From an uncultured Chloroflexia bacterium (lineage in GTDB: Bacteria; Chloroflexota; UBA6077; JACCZL01), in contig CAVXYC010000020.1 in the NCBI GenBank assembly GCA_963765765.1, positions 704,001-768,000 of the forward strand: a DNA stretch of 64,000 nt, given 5' to 3'. The notes under the pieces are model-generated. The model saw only the letters and a list, made by a program, of their open reading frames with translations, made no database searches and had not been told where the DNA came from. Each line of letters opens with the position of its first letter. Within the stretch, counting starts at the first letter, position 1. Shown here one piece after another: positions 10,890 through 22,278 of this stretch. The translations under genes were made by a program, and so were the position numbers.

Positions 10890-12516
10890 CGCAATACCAC
10901 GCCAGCACAGACCCGGACGTCGTCGGCGCCGGTCCTAATGGCCTCACCGCGGCAGCCGCGCTTGCGCAAGCGGGGTTGAGCGTCGTGGTGCTGGAAGCGA
11001 ATGACACCGTTGGCGGCGCGGTCCGCTACGTCCAGGCAACATGTCTGGGTTTCCTGCACGATCTCTTCTCAGGTTTCTATCCGCTCTTTCCCGTGGGACC
11101 AATCGGGCGGCTACCACTCTCCTCGTACGGACTGGAATGGCGACAGTTCAACACACCCTTTGCGGAGGAACACCTGCCGGCCAGGGCGTCGCCGTCCATC
11201 GCGAGCTACATCGCAGTATCGAGTCATTTGAGCGGGGCTCCGCCGAGGGATGGCGCCGCATATCATCCGCTGTGGCAATTGTGGCAACGTGGAGGTCCAG
11301 CGGTTCTCGACTTTCTCTTCAATCCTCTGGTCTCACCGACGCCAGTGCTTTCGGCGCGCCGCCTGGGCTCGATGGCTCGCATGCTGGAGTTTGCTCAGGT
11401 AAGTTTGTCTCCGGCGCTCGCCATGGTTGAGCGATTCTTCCGCGGTGAAGACGTGCGTGTCTGGTACATCGGTAGTCCGCTCCATTCGGACCTTGGTCCA
11501 GGCGATGCGGGAGGCGGGCTCTATGGATTAGTGATGATGGGCCTAGTGCAGCAAGTGGGTATGCCGATCCCGCTCGGAGGCGCCCAATCGATCAGCGATG
11601 CCCTGGTCCGAATGATTGTGAGTCTGGGTGGGCAGATTCTGCTGAATCACCGGGTGGACCGGATCGTGAGTACGCGGTGACCGAGCCGAGGCGGTTATAT
11701 CTCGAGACTTAGGGGATCCGCGCTCGCGACGCAGTGCTGGCTACGATCCCGCCCACCCAGATTTTGGTCCGCTTATCAAGCCGTCACTGTTGCTATCAGG
11801 TTTCATGCATGCCGTGGAGCGGTTTCGCTGGGGAACCGGCGTGTTCAAATTCGACGTGGGACTGAGCGCGCTCCCGCGTTTACTGGAGAACACTTGAATG
11901 GAGCCGGCGTGCTCCACCTCGGGCGAACGACCGCGGAACTAACATCTGCCACCGCGGAGGTGGCGGCGGGACTGCTTCCCGTCGCCACCTCCGCTCATCG
12001 CCGGAATCCACACGCTTGCCGACCTAACACGCGCTCCAGACGGGTGTCACACGCTCTGGATTGAGACACACGTGCCTTCCAGGCCCAGGGGTGATGCTGC
12101 ACAGCAGCTGAACGACTGTGGCTGGAGCAATGCCCGCGGAAGCGTTTCGCGGAGCGGATCATCGATGAGCTCTCGCTCTACGCACCTGACGCTCGCTCGT
12201 GCATCCCGGACTATCACGCGCAGACGCCCGAGGACCTGGAAGCATCGAACACGAATCTCGTGGGGGCGACATAGCTGGCGGCAGCTTCACAATTGACCAG
12301 CAATTGGTCTTCCGACCGGTGCCGGGCTGGTTTTGACACGCCATGCCAATCAAGCGTCTCTATTTAGGTGGCGCCTCAACGCATCCCGGCGGAGGCGTCC
12401 ACGGCGCAGCAGGAGCGAACGCGGCGCGCGTGCTACTGGAGGGTCTGAAATGGCGGTCCGTGGTGGAATCGGTGAGAAGCGGCGAGGAGCATGTGCTGGG
12501 TTGGCTGCGGCGCTAG
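10886..12516 (+). pseudogene. Phytoene-dehydrogenase-like FAD oxidoreductase, heavily disrupted
   Basis: GAGPNGL...LEANDTVGGA at the start, GGAQSISDAL, and [15 protein letters not shown] at the end (TAG 12514-12516); stop at 11678-11680 and several frame breaks between. Confidence 0.75.
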
Positions 12517-12594
12517 GACGTCTTAGCGAAGTACACGGTGCTGAAATGGATGTTGCGGACCCCTCACCCCCAAAAACCTAATTATTAAGATTCC

Positions 12595-12624
12595 TTTACA
12601 AACGGCTGTTTAGATAGGTATAGT
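12595..12624 (+). promoter_or_regulatory. Putative sigma70 promoter
   Basis: TTTACA-N18-TATAGT with an AT-rich upstream tract. Confidence 0.55.
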
Positions 12625-12728
12625 GCGGTGGAGTTGCGACGGCAGGGCGTCGCACGACAGAGGAAGAGCAGGGTCCACGGTGCAGTCGTTCGGGTTGGAC
12701 GACAGCGATCCGGCGGTCCAACCCCCGA

Positions 12729-13634
12729 ATGCGATTACTGCTTCACACGCGATCTTTTGCGTCAATCGTTGCGGCCATTACCCTCGTGCTTCTCGCCGAG
12801 CCGCTGGAGGGAGCACGAGCGGCATTTGCCCCGGGCATCGCGGAGCCGCTGAACGGCATCGCTCCCCGATCGGCTCAGGCCAGCGTCGCCGCGGCTCTAC
12901 CACCCATTGCGGTCCATGTCGCTTCCAGCCTCGATCAGTCCCGCCCCGCGCCGGTTCTCGTGGTGTTGCATGGATTCGGCTCAAGCGGTCAGGAAATGAT
13001 TGCTCCATTTGTGGCGGAGGCTGAGCGGCTTGGATGGATCGTCGTTGCGCCGACCTTCAACTACCGAGATTGGACCGATCCCGAGCAAGTGCGGCTCGAC
13101 GAAGCCGAGCTTATTCCAGCCATTCGTGGGATGATAGAGACGCTGCCGGCAAAAGTAGGAACGCGCGTCGAATCTCGCGCCCTGATTTTTGGCTTTTCTC
13201 GCGGGGCTCAGCTTGGACATCGCTTCGCCTTCTTTTATCCAGAAAGCGTCCGTGGAGTCGTCACCGTAGGCGCCGGAACGTATACCCTTCCGCGAACGCA
13301 GGTGCAGACCGAACGAGGCAACCAGACGCTGGTCTTCCCCTATGGCATCAGCGACCTGGCAAATTACACCGGCCGTCAGTTCGACCCAGCGTCGCTTCAA
13401 CGCATCCCGTTCTTGATCACCGTCGGCGCGACCGATAACCGCCGAACCGACGTTCCCCGTCAATGGGACGCTATTGAGGGGACAACGCGGGTAGAGCGGG
13501 CCCAAACGTTCGTCACGGCACTCAATGACATTGGTGTCCGCGCTGAGCTTCGGGTCGTTCCACACACGGATCACGAAGTGACATCGATTATCCGTCAGCT
13601 CGGATGCGATTTTCTTCATCGCTCTCCGGGCTGA
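12729..13634 (+). CDS. Secreted alpha/beta hydrolase (esterase-like)
   Basis: Hydrophobic N-terminus, VVLHGFG, GFSRGAQ nucleophile elbow, VGATDN, DHEV. Confidence 0.82.
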   Translation: MRLLLHTRSFASIVAAITLVLLAEPLEGARAAFAPGIAEPLNGIAPRSAQASVAAALPPIAVHVASSLDQSRPAPVLVVLHGFGSSGQEMIAPFVAEAERLGWIVVAPTFNYRDWTDPEQVRLDEAELIPAIRGMIETLPAKVGTRVESRALIFGFSRGAQLGHRFAFFYPESVRGVVTVGAGTYTLPRTQVQTERGNQTLVFPYGISDLANYTGRQFDPASLQRIPFLITVGATDNRRTDVPRQWDAIEGTTRVERAQTFVTALNDIGVRAELRVVPHTDHEVTSIIRQLGCDFLHRSPG

Positions 13635-13660
13635 CGCCATCCCGATTGGTCCACACGCAG

Positions 13661-14200
13661 GTGACTCAGGCCGAGCATCGACGGATTACCACTGAGCGCC
13701 TCGACATTGTCCAGCTATCGGTTTCCGACGTCGAGGCGCTGATCGACGGGACACATCATCAGGTAGAGCGACTGCTAAACGCCTCCTTTCCAAAGCCATT
13801 CGTACCGCCGCCGTTAATGGATGATGCATTACCGTTCGTCTGCGACTGGCTCCGCGATCATCCCAATGGTTATTGGTGGAAGCCCTGGTTTTTCGCAGAG
13901 CGCGAGCGGCGCATGATTGCCGGGTCGGCCGGCTTCAGCGGACCAAGTGAGTCCGGTGCGCTCCAGCTCGGCTATGCCGTTTACCCCGAATACCAGAAGC
14001 TTGGCTATGCCACCGAGACTGCCCGAGCCCTGATCCAGGAGGCCTGGACAGACGCCAGCATCACTGCCGTGCAAGCAACAATTCCACCGTGGCACGCGGA
14101 CTCGATCCGCGTGGCCGAGAAGCTGGGCATGACCGCGGTGGGCGAGACCACCGACGACGAGGTAGGCAAGATCATCGTCTACGAGATTACGCGCGCTTAG
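13661..14200 (+). CDS. GNAT N-acetyltransferase (RimJ/RimL-like)
   Basis: ITTERL, LGYAVYPEYQKLGYATE, SIRVAEKLGM; start GTG 13661 assumed. Confidence 0.85.
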   Translation: MTQAEHRRITTERLDIVQLSVSDVEALIDGTHHQVERLLNASFPKPFVPPPLMDDALPFVCDWLRDHPNGYWWKPWFFAERERRMIAGSAGFSGPSESGALQLGYAVYPEYQKLGYATETARALIQEAWTDASITAVQATIPPWHADSIRVAEKLGMTAVGETTDDEVGKIIVYEITRA

Positions 14201-14284
14201 CTCCCGCGGGCCCCTGGTGTGACCCACCTGGCACCTGGTTTCTGTACCCAAAGGTACTGTCAGTGTCATTTGGTATCCTGAGGC

Positions 14285-16330
14285 ATGAGTCTCGACACCC
14301 TCTGCATCAACGCGATCCGGGTTCTCGCCATCGACGCGGTCCAGCAGGCTAACTCTGGGCACCCGGGTCTCCCGTTAGACGCGGCACCTATGAGTTACGT
14401 GTTGTGGACTCGATTTTTGCGCCACAACCCCCGCGATCCCCATTGGCCTGACCGCGACCGGTTCGTCTTCTCCCCCGGCCACGGCTCCGCACTGCTTTAC
14501 AGCTTGCTACACCTGACTGGCTACGACCTTTCGCTCGATGAGCTCAAACGCTTCCGCCAGTGGGGAGCGCTTACTCCGGGGCATCCCGAATACGGGGAAA
14601 CGCCGGGCGTCGATGCGACAACGGGCCCACTTGGCCAGGGCTTTGCGAACGGGATTGGGATGGCCATCGCCGAAGCGCACCTGGCAGCCACCTACAATCG
14701 TCCCGGCCATATTCTCTTCGACCATTACACCTACGGCCTGGCCTCAGACGGCGACTTGATGGAGGGCATCTCCGGTGAGGCCGCTAGCCTGGCGGGTCAC
14801 CTTGGTCTGGGCAAGGTCATTTACCTGTATGACGACAACACGGTCTCCTTGTCCGGCTCAACGAACCTTAATTTCCGAGAGGACGTCCCTGGGCGGTTTC
14901 GCGCATATGGCTGGCACGTTGGAGAGGTCGTCAACGGGAACGATCTTTCTGCCATCGAACGAGCGCTCAACGAAGCGCGCGCCGAAACCGACAAGCCTTC
15001 CCTCATTGTCGTGAAGACCACCATCGGCTTCGGCAGCCCCAATAAGGCGGGCACCTTTGAGGTGCATGGCTCGCCACTGGGTCCCGATGAAGTGCTGGCT
15101 ACGAAGAAAGCGCTGGGCTGGCCTCTCGAGGAGCCGTTCGCCGTGCCCGAGGAGGCCGTGGTAGAGCTACGGAAATCGGTCGACCGCGGCCTCGCATGGC
15201 AGGCTGAATGGGAATCCCAGCTTGAAGCCTATGCCGACGCCTTCCCAGATCTACATGCGCGGCTCATGCGGACGCTGGCCGGTGAGCTGCCGGACCAGTG
15301 GGACGCGGATCTGCCAGCTTTCACACCTGAGGACGGACCGGTCGCCACGCGTGTTTCGTCTGGCGCAGTCCTTAATGCGATCGCGCAACGTCTGCCTGAG
15401 CTCATCGGCGGCTCGGCCGATCTCAATCCATCGACAAACACCGCACTTAAAGGTGCCGGTGATTTTCAGGGGAGCGATGTTCCAGAAGCCGACCGCCAGG
15501 GAGCGGTGGGTGGAGACTGGAGCTACGCGGGGCGCAATCTACACTTCGGAGTGCGCGAACATGCCATGGGCGCCATCGTCAATGGCATTGCCTACCACGG
15601 CGGTCTGATCCCGTTCAGCGCAACCTTCCTGACATTCTCGGACTACATGCGCGCACCGATACGCCTAGCGTCCATGAGTCACCTGGGGTCCATCTTCGTG
15701 TTCACGCATGACAGCATTGGCCTGGGTGAGGACGGACCGACGCACCAACCGGTTGAGCAAGTGGCCTCACTCCGAGCGATTCCTGACCTCGTATTGCTGC
15801 GGCCTGCCGACGCCAACGAAACGCGCGAATCTTGGCGGATTGCCATTGAGCGACGTTCGGCGCCCACAATTTTGATTTTCACTCGTCAGGCTCTTCCGAT
15901 CTTCAATAGGTCAAAACTTGGCTCCGAACGCGGAACCGAGCGAGGTGCCTATGTCCTGGCCGATCCTGATGCTGGCTCACCTGAGCTCATTCTGATCGGT
16001 ACGGGCTCCGAGGTCTCGCTGGCGTATGAAGCGTGGGGGAAGCTCTCGGCAGAGGGCATCAAAGCGAGACTGGTCAGTATGCCAAGCTGGGAGCTATTCG
16101 AAGCGCAGTCACAAGGCTATCGTGATGAGGTCCTTCCGCCCAGTATCCGGGCTCGGCTTGCCGTAGAAGCAGGCGTGTCGCAAGGCTGGGCTCGCTGGGT
16201 GGGCGATGGCGGTGACACCGTGACGCTGGACCGATTCGGCGCCTCCGCGCCGTACAAGGTTGTCTTCGAGCACCTCGGTTTTACAGTCGACAACGTGGTC
16301 GCCAAGGCGAAGACGCTACTCGCGAGATAA
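14285..16330 (+). CDS. tkt: Transketolase
   Basis: [61 protein letters not shown]. Confidence 0.98.
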   Translation: MSLDTLCINAIRVLAIDAVQQANSGHPGLPLDAAPMSYVLWTRFLRHNPRDPHWPDRDRFVFSPGHGSALLYSLLHLTGYDLSLDELKRFRQWGALTPGHPEYGETPGVDATTGPLGQGFANGIGMAIAEAHLAATYNRPGHILFDHYTYGLASDGDLMEGISGEAASLAGHLGLGKVIYLYDDNTVSLSGSTNLNFREDVPGRFRAYGWHVGEVVNGNDLSAIERALNEARAETDKPSLIVVKTTIGFGSPNKAGTFEVHGSPLGPDEVLATKKALGWPLEEPFAVPEEAVVELRKSVDRGLAWQAEWESQLEAYADAFPDLHARLMRTLAGELPDQWDADLPAFTPEDGPVATRVSSGAVLNAIAQRLPELIGGSADLNPSTNTALKGAGDFQGSDVPEADRQGAVGGDWSYAGRNLHFGVREHAMGAIVNGIAYHGGLIPFSATFLTFSDYMRAPIRLASMSHLGSIFVFTHDSIGLGEDGPTHQPVEQVASLRAIPDLVLLRPADANETRESWRIAIERRSAPTILIFTRQALPIFNRSKLGSERGTERGAYVLADPDAGSPELILIGTGSEVSLAYEAWGKLSAEGIKARLVSMPSWELFEAQSQGYRDEVLPPSIRARLAVEAGVSQGWARWVGDGGDTVTLDRFGASAPYKVVFEHLGFTVDNVVAKAKTLLAR

Positions 16331-16361
16331 TGACGTCACTGGCGCTTCACGCCTGTAATGT

Positions 16362-17861
16362 CTACAGCGTCAAGCCTCGTCGCAGATACAGTTTCCAACC
16401 AATGTCGTACGTCTTAACCAGGTCGTAGTTCCCTTCGCCCATCCAGCGAACGAAACCAGAGAGCTTGGCCATTCGGTTGGGCGCAGTGACGATCACTTTT
16501 GGCTGATATTCCTGAACCGAGCTAATGGCCAGTGCATCGGTAAAGGATCCCGCATCGATTCGCGTTCCCGAAGTGTCGACGAGCTTGGGTGGCACCATGC
16601 GCCGAGCACGGAATGCCGCATTCGGGTTGTCTGTCAGAACAAACTCGTCCGGCAGGCTGAGGCGCCCCATGATCTCCGCAATCTCGATCTCCGAGCGAAT
16701 GTCGCGACGGTTCTCGGCCACGCGGCCAGCCTCGTGAAGCATAAAAATGTCCACTCGCCAGACTCGTTGAAGGTCGCCGATATAGCTCAGGCTGGCCACC
16801 ACACCAAGAACGCCGATGACGGTCATATTCAATCGGCGATTTGCAATGAGACCCTTGATCGCGAGGACGGTATGCCCGATGCCGATACCTGCGAGAAGCG
16901 TGAGTGGGAATGTCAGATAAACGACATGCTTGTCAGCCAGATCGTCATAGGCGAGAAAGAGCGCCGCGACGGCGACGGGCCATAAGACGAGCGGAAGGAT
17001 CGTACGCGGCATCCGAAGCGCCTGCAGAGCACCCAAGAAGGCCAGAGCAGCGATCGCAAGCCGCTCTCGTGCGAGCACGCCGAATGTCAGTCGCCAGTTC
17101 TCCGCGGCATCACTTCCGAGACTGTGGCTGGCCCCACCGCGGTACGCCGCCAAATCCTCGTACACACCAGACGGCCCAAGAGCGGCAATTACGGTCCCAG
17201 TCACGATAAGGCCAGCGGCGACAAACGCAGCCAGGCCCTTCAACGAGATCGGGCTGCGAAGCAGGATGAGTAGGCCCACCGGGAGGCAGACCGCTAGCAC
17301 CATCGGCTTGATCAGGACTCCGAGCGACAGCAGCACCCCAGCTCCCACGCTCCAGCGCAGCGCTCCAGTCTGCTGATAGCGAAGCGCCGCACCGATCGCC
17401 ACGATTGATGGAGCGAGTGAGGGTGTTTCCGCCAGTGCCAGCCGCGAGCTTTCGAGGAACGCGGGGCTCAGCGCCAGAAGCGCAAGTGTCGCGACACCTG
17501 CAACCGAACCAGCCGCTAGTCGGGCTGTCCAGCAGGCTCCGATCATTGCGACGACGGAGGTCACGACGACCCCGAGACGAATGGCTTCCAGCGTCTGTCC
17601 AAATGCAAGATAGAATGGAAACAGCAGGTCCAAGAGCAGCGGTCCCTGTGAAGCAAATATCTCCCGAAACGGTCGGAAACCCGCCGCCATGAGAAGCATT
17701 TGCTCGGACCGAATACCCTCGTCAAACGAGCCCGTATAAATGCCGATGTTCTCGAGCCTCAACCAGACGGCAAGAGCGAACGCGGCTACCAACGCGGCGA
17801 TCTCCCCGATGAGAAACAACCTGTGATTGCCTGTGCGTTCGCTGATGGCGGCGACGGTCAT
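16362..17861 (-). CDS. GT-C (ArnT/PMT-like) membrane glycosyltransferase, paralogue 1 (no C-terminal Ig-like domain)
   Basis: Multi-TM; FDEGIR...GFRPFREIFASQGPLLLD; LIKP; TDNP...RMVPPKLVDTS. Confidence 0.85.
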   Translation of the reverse strand: MTVAAISERTGNHRLFLIGEIAALVAAFALAVWLRLENIGIYTGSFDEGIRSEQMLLMAAGFRPFREIFASQGPLLLDLLFPFYLAFGQTLEAIRLGVVVTSVVAMIGACWTARLAAGSVAGVATLALLALSPAFLESSRLALAETPSLAPSIVAIGAALRYQQTGALRWSVGAGVLLSLGVLIKPMVLAVCLPVGLLILLRSPISLKGLAAFVAAGLIVTGTVIAALGPSGVYEDLAAYRGGASHSLGSDAAENWRLTFGVLARERLAIAALAFLGALQALRMPRTILPLVLWPVAVAALFLAYDDLADKHVVYLTFPLTLLAGIGIGHTVLAIKGLIANRRLNMTVIGVLGVVASLSYIGDLQRVWRVDIFMLHEAGRVAENRRDIRSEIEIAEIMGRLSLPDEFVLTDNPNAAFRARRMVPPKLVDTSGTRIDAGSFTDALAISSVQEYQPKVIVTAPNRMAKLSGFVRWMGEGNYDLVKTYDIGWKLYLRRGLTL

Positions 17862-17919
17862 GATTGGCTAACCAGAGTCTCTGGGGCGCGAAGCGCTTTA
17901 GTCAGCGATGACGACACAC

Positions 17920-19902
17920 TCAATCGTGCTTCGCTGGCACGGTGATGGAGCCAATGACCAGTCGGCTTCCGTCGAGTACTCGAGACGACGGATGAGATGC
18001 GCGGTTTAGCGTCACGCCAGACGGTCCATTGCGTGGATGGATGAGCTGAACGGTGAGATAATAGGTCCCCGGCGCCGTTCCCGCCTCAGGCGTGAGCATG
18101 GCGCTACGCAAGAGCCAGCGCCCAGGTTGCCAGGCCGGGCCTCGATCCAGCCCGTCCAGGTCTAGCTGCTGAGCAGCCCAGACCTGTCCATCGGCACCTT
18201 CCATCGCCACGATCATGTTGTAATCAGACGTCACGGATTCCGTTGCGTCCCAGAGGAGCGTCGTCGCGAAGCCGACTCCGGGAGCTTGCCTCATCGGCGC
18301 TCACCCGAGCGCCCGCCAGCCGAAGATCTCGTCCAAACGATGCTTCAACCTGTATCGGCAAGTCTGCAAGAGCGGCCGAACGGAGTGGCGCGAGGTTCAC
18401 ATCTTTCCGAACGTAGATGCTGCGGTCCTTGCCATCGCGGCCTTTGAGCACCCGTGGACCCAGAACGTGCACGGTCTGATATCGGTCCTCAACCCACTGG
18501 GTGAACGTCGTCAAACGGCGAAATCGGTCCGACCAGAAGAGCACCGTGTCAACGTCTCGCGACGTTGCGCTGTCGATAGCGATCTCGCTCGTCAGCACGC
18601 CGGCACGGAAGCGTCCCTTGGAGGGGTCCACCATCTCAGGCGGCACCATCCGATCGGCCAGATACGGTAGGTACGGATGGTCGCTAAGCACGAACCGCTC
18701 AGGATTCACCGCTGCGCGGAGCGTAGCTGCCACCTCGCGATCGTAAACGTGGAGATCTGGGTCCACGTCATCGTCCACCAGCGTCGTCCCGCGAGCCACG
18801 GCTGCCGGTGCCGCCGTCAAGTCCACAACCGCTAGACACAAAAGCGCACTCGCGCCCAGCAGGGCCGCTACACGCGCCAGGCCCTTTCCTGGTGTGGTCA
18901 ATAGCGCGCCGATCCCGACCGCGCCCCCGAGTACGAGCGGCGGCACAAGGTAAACCTGATGCTTCGGATGCAGCGATGAGTAGGACAACATCACGGCATA
19001 CGTACTCAGGAGGAACAATCCAACGGCGATGCCTCGTCGCCCGAGTAGCATCGCCGCCGCTGCCCCCAACCACCCAAGGGCAGTCAGCTCAGGACGAGCC
19101 TTGAACGGCTCGATCGCGACCTCATCGAGGTTTTTCATCAGATCGACACTGTCATTCGCTCGATCTCCCACCCGATAGGCAACGATCTGCTGATAGACGT
19201 CCACCGGCCCCAGAAGCAGCACGAGCAGCGCCGAGATACCAAGCCCCACACCCACGTAGAGCGCCACGTCGCGCCAAGGGACGCCCTTCCTCAGGAGCAC
19301 TGCCGCGGTCACCGGAATCACTGCGCCGACGATCATGGGCTTGATAAGTACCCCAACCGCCAGCAGGATCGCCGCGCCTGTGAGCCACACTCGACTACCG
19401 GAACGCTGATACATCACCCCGCTCCGAGTGCGACTACCACGGGCGTGATCGACGGCACCTCTGCCAATGCCAATCGCGATGCTTCCAGGTAGAGCGGACT
19501 GGCCACCAGGAGGACTGCCGCCAGAATGCCCGCGATCGGCCCGACGATGACCCGAGCAGTCCAATAGCAGCCTGCTATACCCGCCAGCGAGATGACACCC
19601 ACCGCGAGCCGTGCGGCTCCCAGTGTTCCGCCAAACGCCACATAGAGCGGGTAAATGACATCTAACAGTAGTGGCCCCTGGGACGCGTAGATATCCCGGA
19701 ACGGCCGGAATCCGTGGCGCATCAACAGAAGCTGCTCGGCTCGAATTCCTTCATCGAAGAGATCCGGAAAATTGCTCCGCGCGCCCTCTAAATCAAAGAT
19801 GCGCAGGCTCAGCGCAAATCCGAGAATGAGAAGGAGGAGAAGAGCCTCAGCCGCTATAGCTACTAAGCGGACTGACGATCGGGAAACCGCCAGGCCGCCC
19901 AC
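17920..19902 (-). CDS. GT-C glycosyltransferase paralogue 2, two frameshifts (~19418, ~18288)
   Basis: Three consecutive ORF pieces join into FDEGIR...QGPLLLD, LIKP, SDHPY...RMVPPEMVDPS and a C-terminal Ig-like domain (WQPGRW...PGTYYL). Confidence 0.83.
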
Positions 19903-19963
19903 GCTCGCCGCATGCTGCCGGGCGGATCCGGGCCGAGCGTCGTTGATGCGGTGGATGACTGAC

Positions 19964-21949
19964 TCACTTGACCTCGATGGTGGCCACGGGTACGTCTCGC
20001 TCCTGGGCGCCCGGACCAGCAGACGGCCGATACGTCACCGGCGCGGTTCGGCGGTTCTTGGTGTCGTAAATGCTCACATAGATCTGGTAATCGCCAGGCG
20101 GCGCCTCAGGGGAAATGGCAATGGTGGCCACCTGCACCAACCAGCGGCCGGCGCCCCAATCAGACGCGGCGTCTTCTCCACGGCTCAGGATGGAAATTTC
20201 CTGATTGTCCCAGGCGGAGCCGTCGGCCCCGTTCACGCTGATCAAAACGTGATAGTCCACGGAGAGTGGTCGAATAGCTTCCCACTCTAACGTGAGCGCC
20301 GTCTGACCGCCAGGTGGGAGCACCGATTGGTCTACAGCAAATGCTCCCAACCGGAGCTCCCCGCCAAATTCCGCGCCGGATCGACGTTCGAGGCCAGCGG
20401 TGAGGGAGGTACGCGCTCGCGAGATGTCCGCGTCGCGGCGGACGGCGATGTAGCGTGGTTGGTCACCACGCTTGACGTACATCTTCACGACCTGATACGT
20501 GTCGTCGAACCAATTCCTGAACACCGGAAGCGATCTGAATCGATCCTCCCACATCACGGCCACCTTGCTCGGATAGGTAGTTCCGGCTTGAGCGATCTCC
20601 TGCCCCGTGAGCTCGCGCGATCGAAGTCGCGTCTTGGATGGATCAGCAAGCGCAGGTGGAACCAATCGCTGAGCCAGAAATGCCAGGTATGGATGATCTG
20701 TGATCACGTAATCCGATGGATCGGTAAGCGCCACGATTGATCTCACGGCATCCGGCGCTTCAGCAAACCTCGGCAGGTCGGAAGTTGGCAGGAGGTTCAT
20801 AAATCGGGCATCCCACCCCAGGAGGCCCGGGAGAGAGGCGACGTACCAGGCGAGCGGAAGAATGAATCCGAAATGCGCGATGCTCAACTGTCGGTGCTCA
20901 CCGTGCCAGTATTGCCAGAGTCGACCCAGCCCCGCGCCGGCGAGAATCGCGACAGGGGGGATCATCACGACGGTGTGCTTGGGAAACAACGGACTGTAGA
21001 ACAGCAGCAGAAGGAACGTTCCCACGCCCCAGACGAGGAGGGGGATTCCGACACGTGGCGAAAGTATGGCGAGAGCGATGCCGCCAAATACGGAAAGGCC
21101 GAACACGGCGAGCTGGTCTCTGCCCAGCGCCGACTGAATAACGGCCCAGTTTTCGCGCAGTTTCCACGACTCTAGCTCACGCGTCTTCAGCCGATATTCA
21201 ATGACCTGATCGAAGACTCCGGCGAGGCCAGTAATGACACAGACTAGCAAGACGATCGCGCCGACCACGCATCCGAGCGTCACCAACGAGCGCAGCGGGC
21301 GTCCGCCGCGCATCAGCACGCACAGACCCACGGGTAGCGCCGCCGCGATCGTGATCGGCTTGATGAGCAAGCTCAGCGCCAGAAGTGCACCTGCCGCGAA
21401 TAACCATCTATTGCTCCCGCGCCGAGCGTAGAGCACCGCCGCCCAGACAGCCAGCACCGCGGGCCCCAGTGCCACTGTTTCGGACAATGCCTGGCGTGAA
21501 TTGCGCAGATATGTTGGACTCAGGACGAGCAAGGTCGTAGCTGCCGCGGCCCCAACGGGGCCGGCAAGCGCGCGGCTCACCAGATACGTAGCGACGATAC
21601 CGACCAGTGAATACGCGGCGACGGCAAGCCGCACCGCCGCAAGTGAGCCACCAAATGCCATGTACAGGGGGTAAAGCAAGTCCAACAGCAGTGGCCCCTG
21701 CGAGGCGTAAATATCTTCGAACGGACGGAATCCGGCGCGCATCAACAGGAGCTGGATACCTCGAATGCCTTCATCGAGATCGCCGCTATAGCCCGTGAGA
21801 TTGATGCCGCGCATGAGTACCGCGGCAAAAAGCAGGAACGTGAAAAAGGCGACCTCAATTGCGACCGCGCGCGTGGAGCCCGGTATCGTGCGCTCGCGCA
21901 TCGACACACTGTTGGCGAGGAGTGTGTCGCCGTCGATCAAGCTGGACAC
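19964..21949 (-). CDS. GT-C glycosyltransferase paralogue 3
   Basis: LDEGIR...GFRPFEDIYASQGPLLLD; LIKP; TDHPY...RLVPPALADPS; C-terminal Ig-like domain (LTLEWEA...PPGDYQI). Confidence 0.87.
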   Translation of the reverse strand: MSSLIDGDTLLANSVSMRERTIPGSTRAVAIEVAFFTFLLFAAVLMRGINLTGYSGDLDEGIRGIQLLLMRAGFRPFEDIYASQGPLLLDLLYPLYMAFGGSLAAVRLAVAAYSLVGIVATYLVSRALAGPVGAAAATTLLVLSPTYLRNSRQALSETVALGPAVLAVWAAVLYARRGSNRWLFAAGALLALSLLIKPITIAAALPVGLCVLMRGGRPLRSLVTLGCVVGAIVLLVCVITGLAGVFDQVIEYRLKTRELESWKLRENWAVIQSALGRDQLAVFGLSVFGGIALAILSPRVGIPLLVWGVGTFLLLLFYSPLFPKHTVVMIPPVAILAGAGLGRLWQYWHGEHRQLSIAHFGFILPLAWYVASLPGLLGWDARFMNLLPTSDLPRFAEAPDAVRSIVALTDPSDYVITDHPYLAFLAQRLVPPALADPSKTRLRSRELTGQEIAQAGTTYPSKVAVMWEDRFRSLPVFRNWFDDTYQVVKMYVKRGDQPRYIAVRRDADISRARTSLTAGLERRSGAEFGGELRLGAFAVDQSVLPPGGQTALTLEWEAIRPLSVDYHVLISVNGADGSAWDNQEISILSRGEDAASDWGAGRWLVQVATIAISPEAPPGDYQIYVSIYDTKNRRTAPVTYRPSAGPGAQERDVPVATIEVK

Positions 21950-22278
21950 CCAGTGACTAGGTAATTAGTGTGCATGAAGCGGGAGTGTCCACATAAACGT
22001 CGCGCAAACGAGCGCGAACCGGTTCGGAGCGGACCTCAGACGATGTCTCGCATTGAGGGGTGATGTGGTTGATTCCGCGGAATCCGCTGGTGGCCGGAAC
22101 GGTCAACCACGTGATTCTAGCAGACAGCCTGAAACGTTCTACCGTAGTGCTCGTCCCCACGATGAGAACTTGGATCACCCTTGAAGCCATCTAATTCCGT
22201 AGGTCGACCGGCGGTGCAGGATCCAATTCCGCCATACTTAGCAGGCTCGCTGAATCACCCGATCGAGCCCGCTACTCG

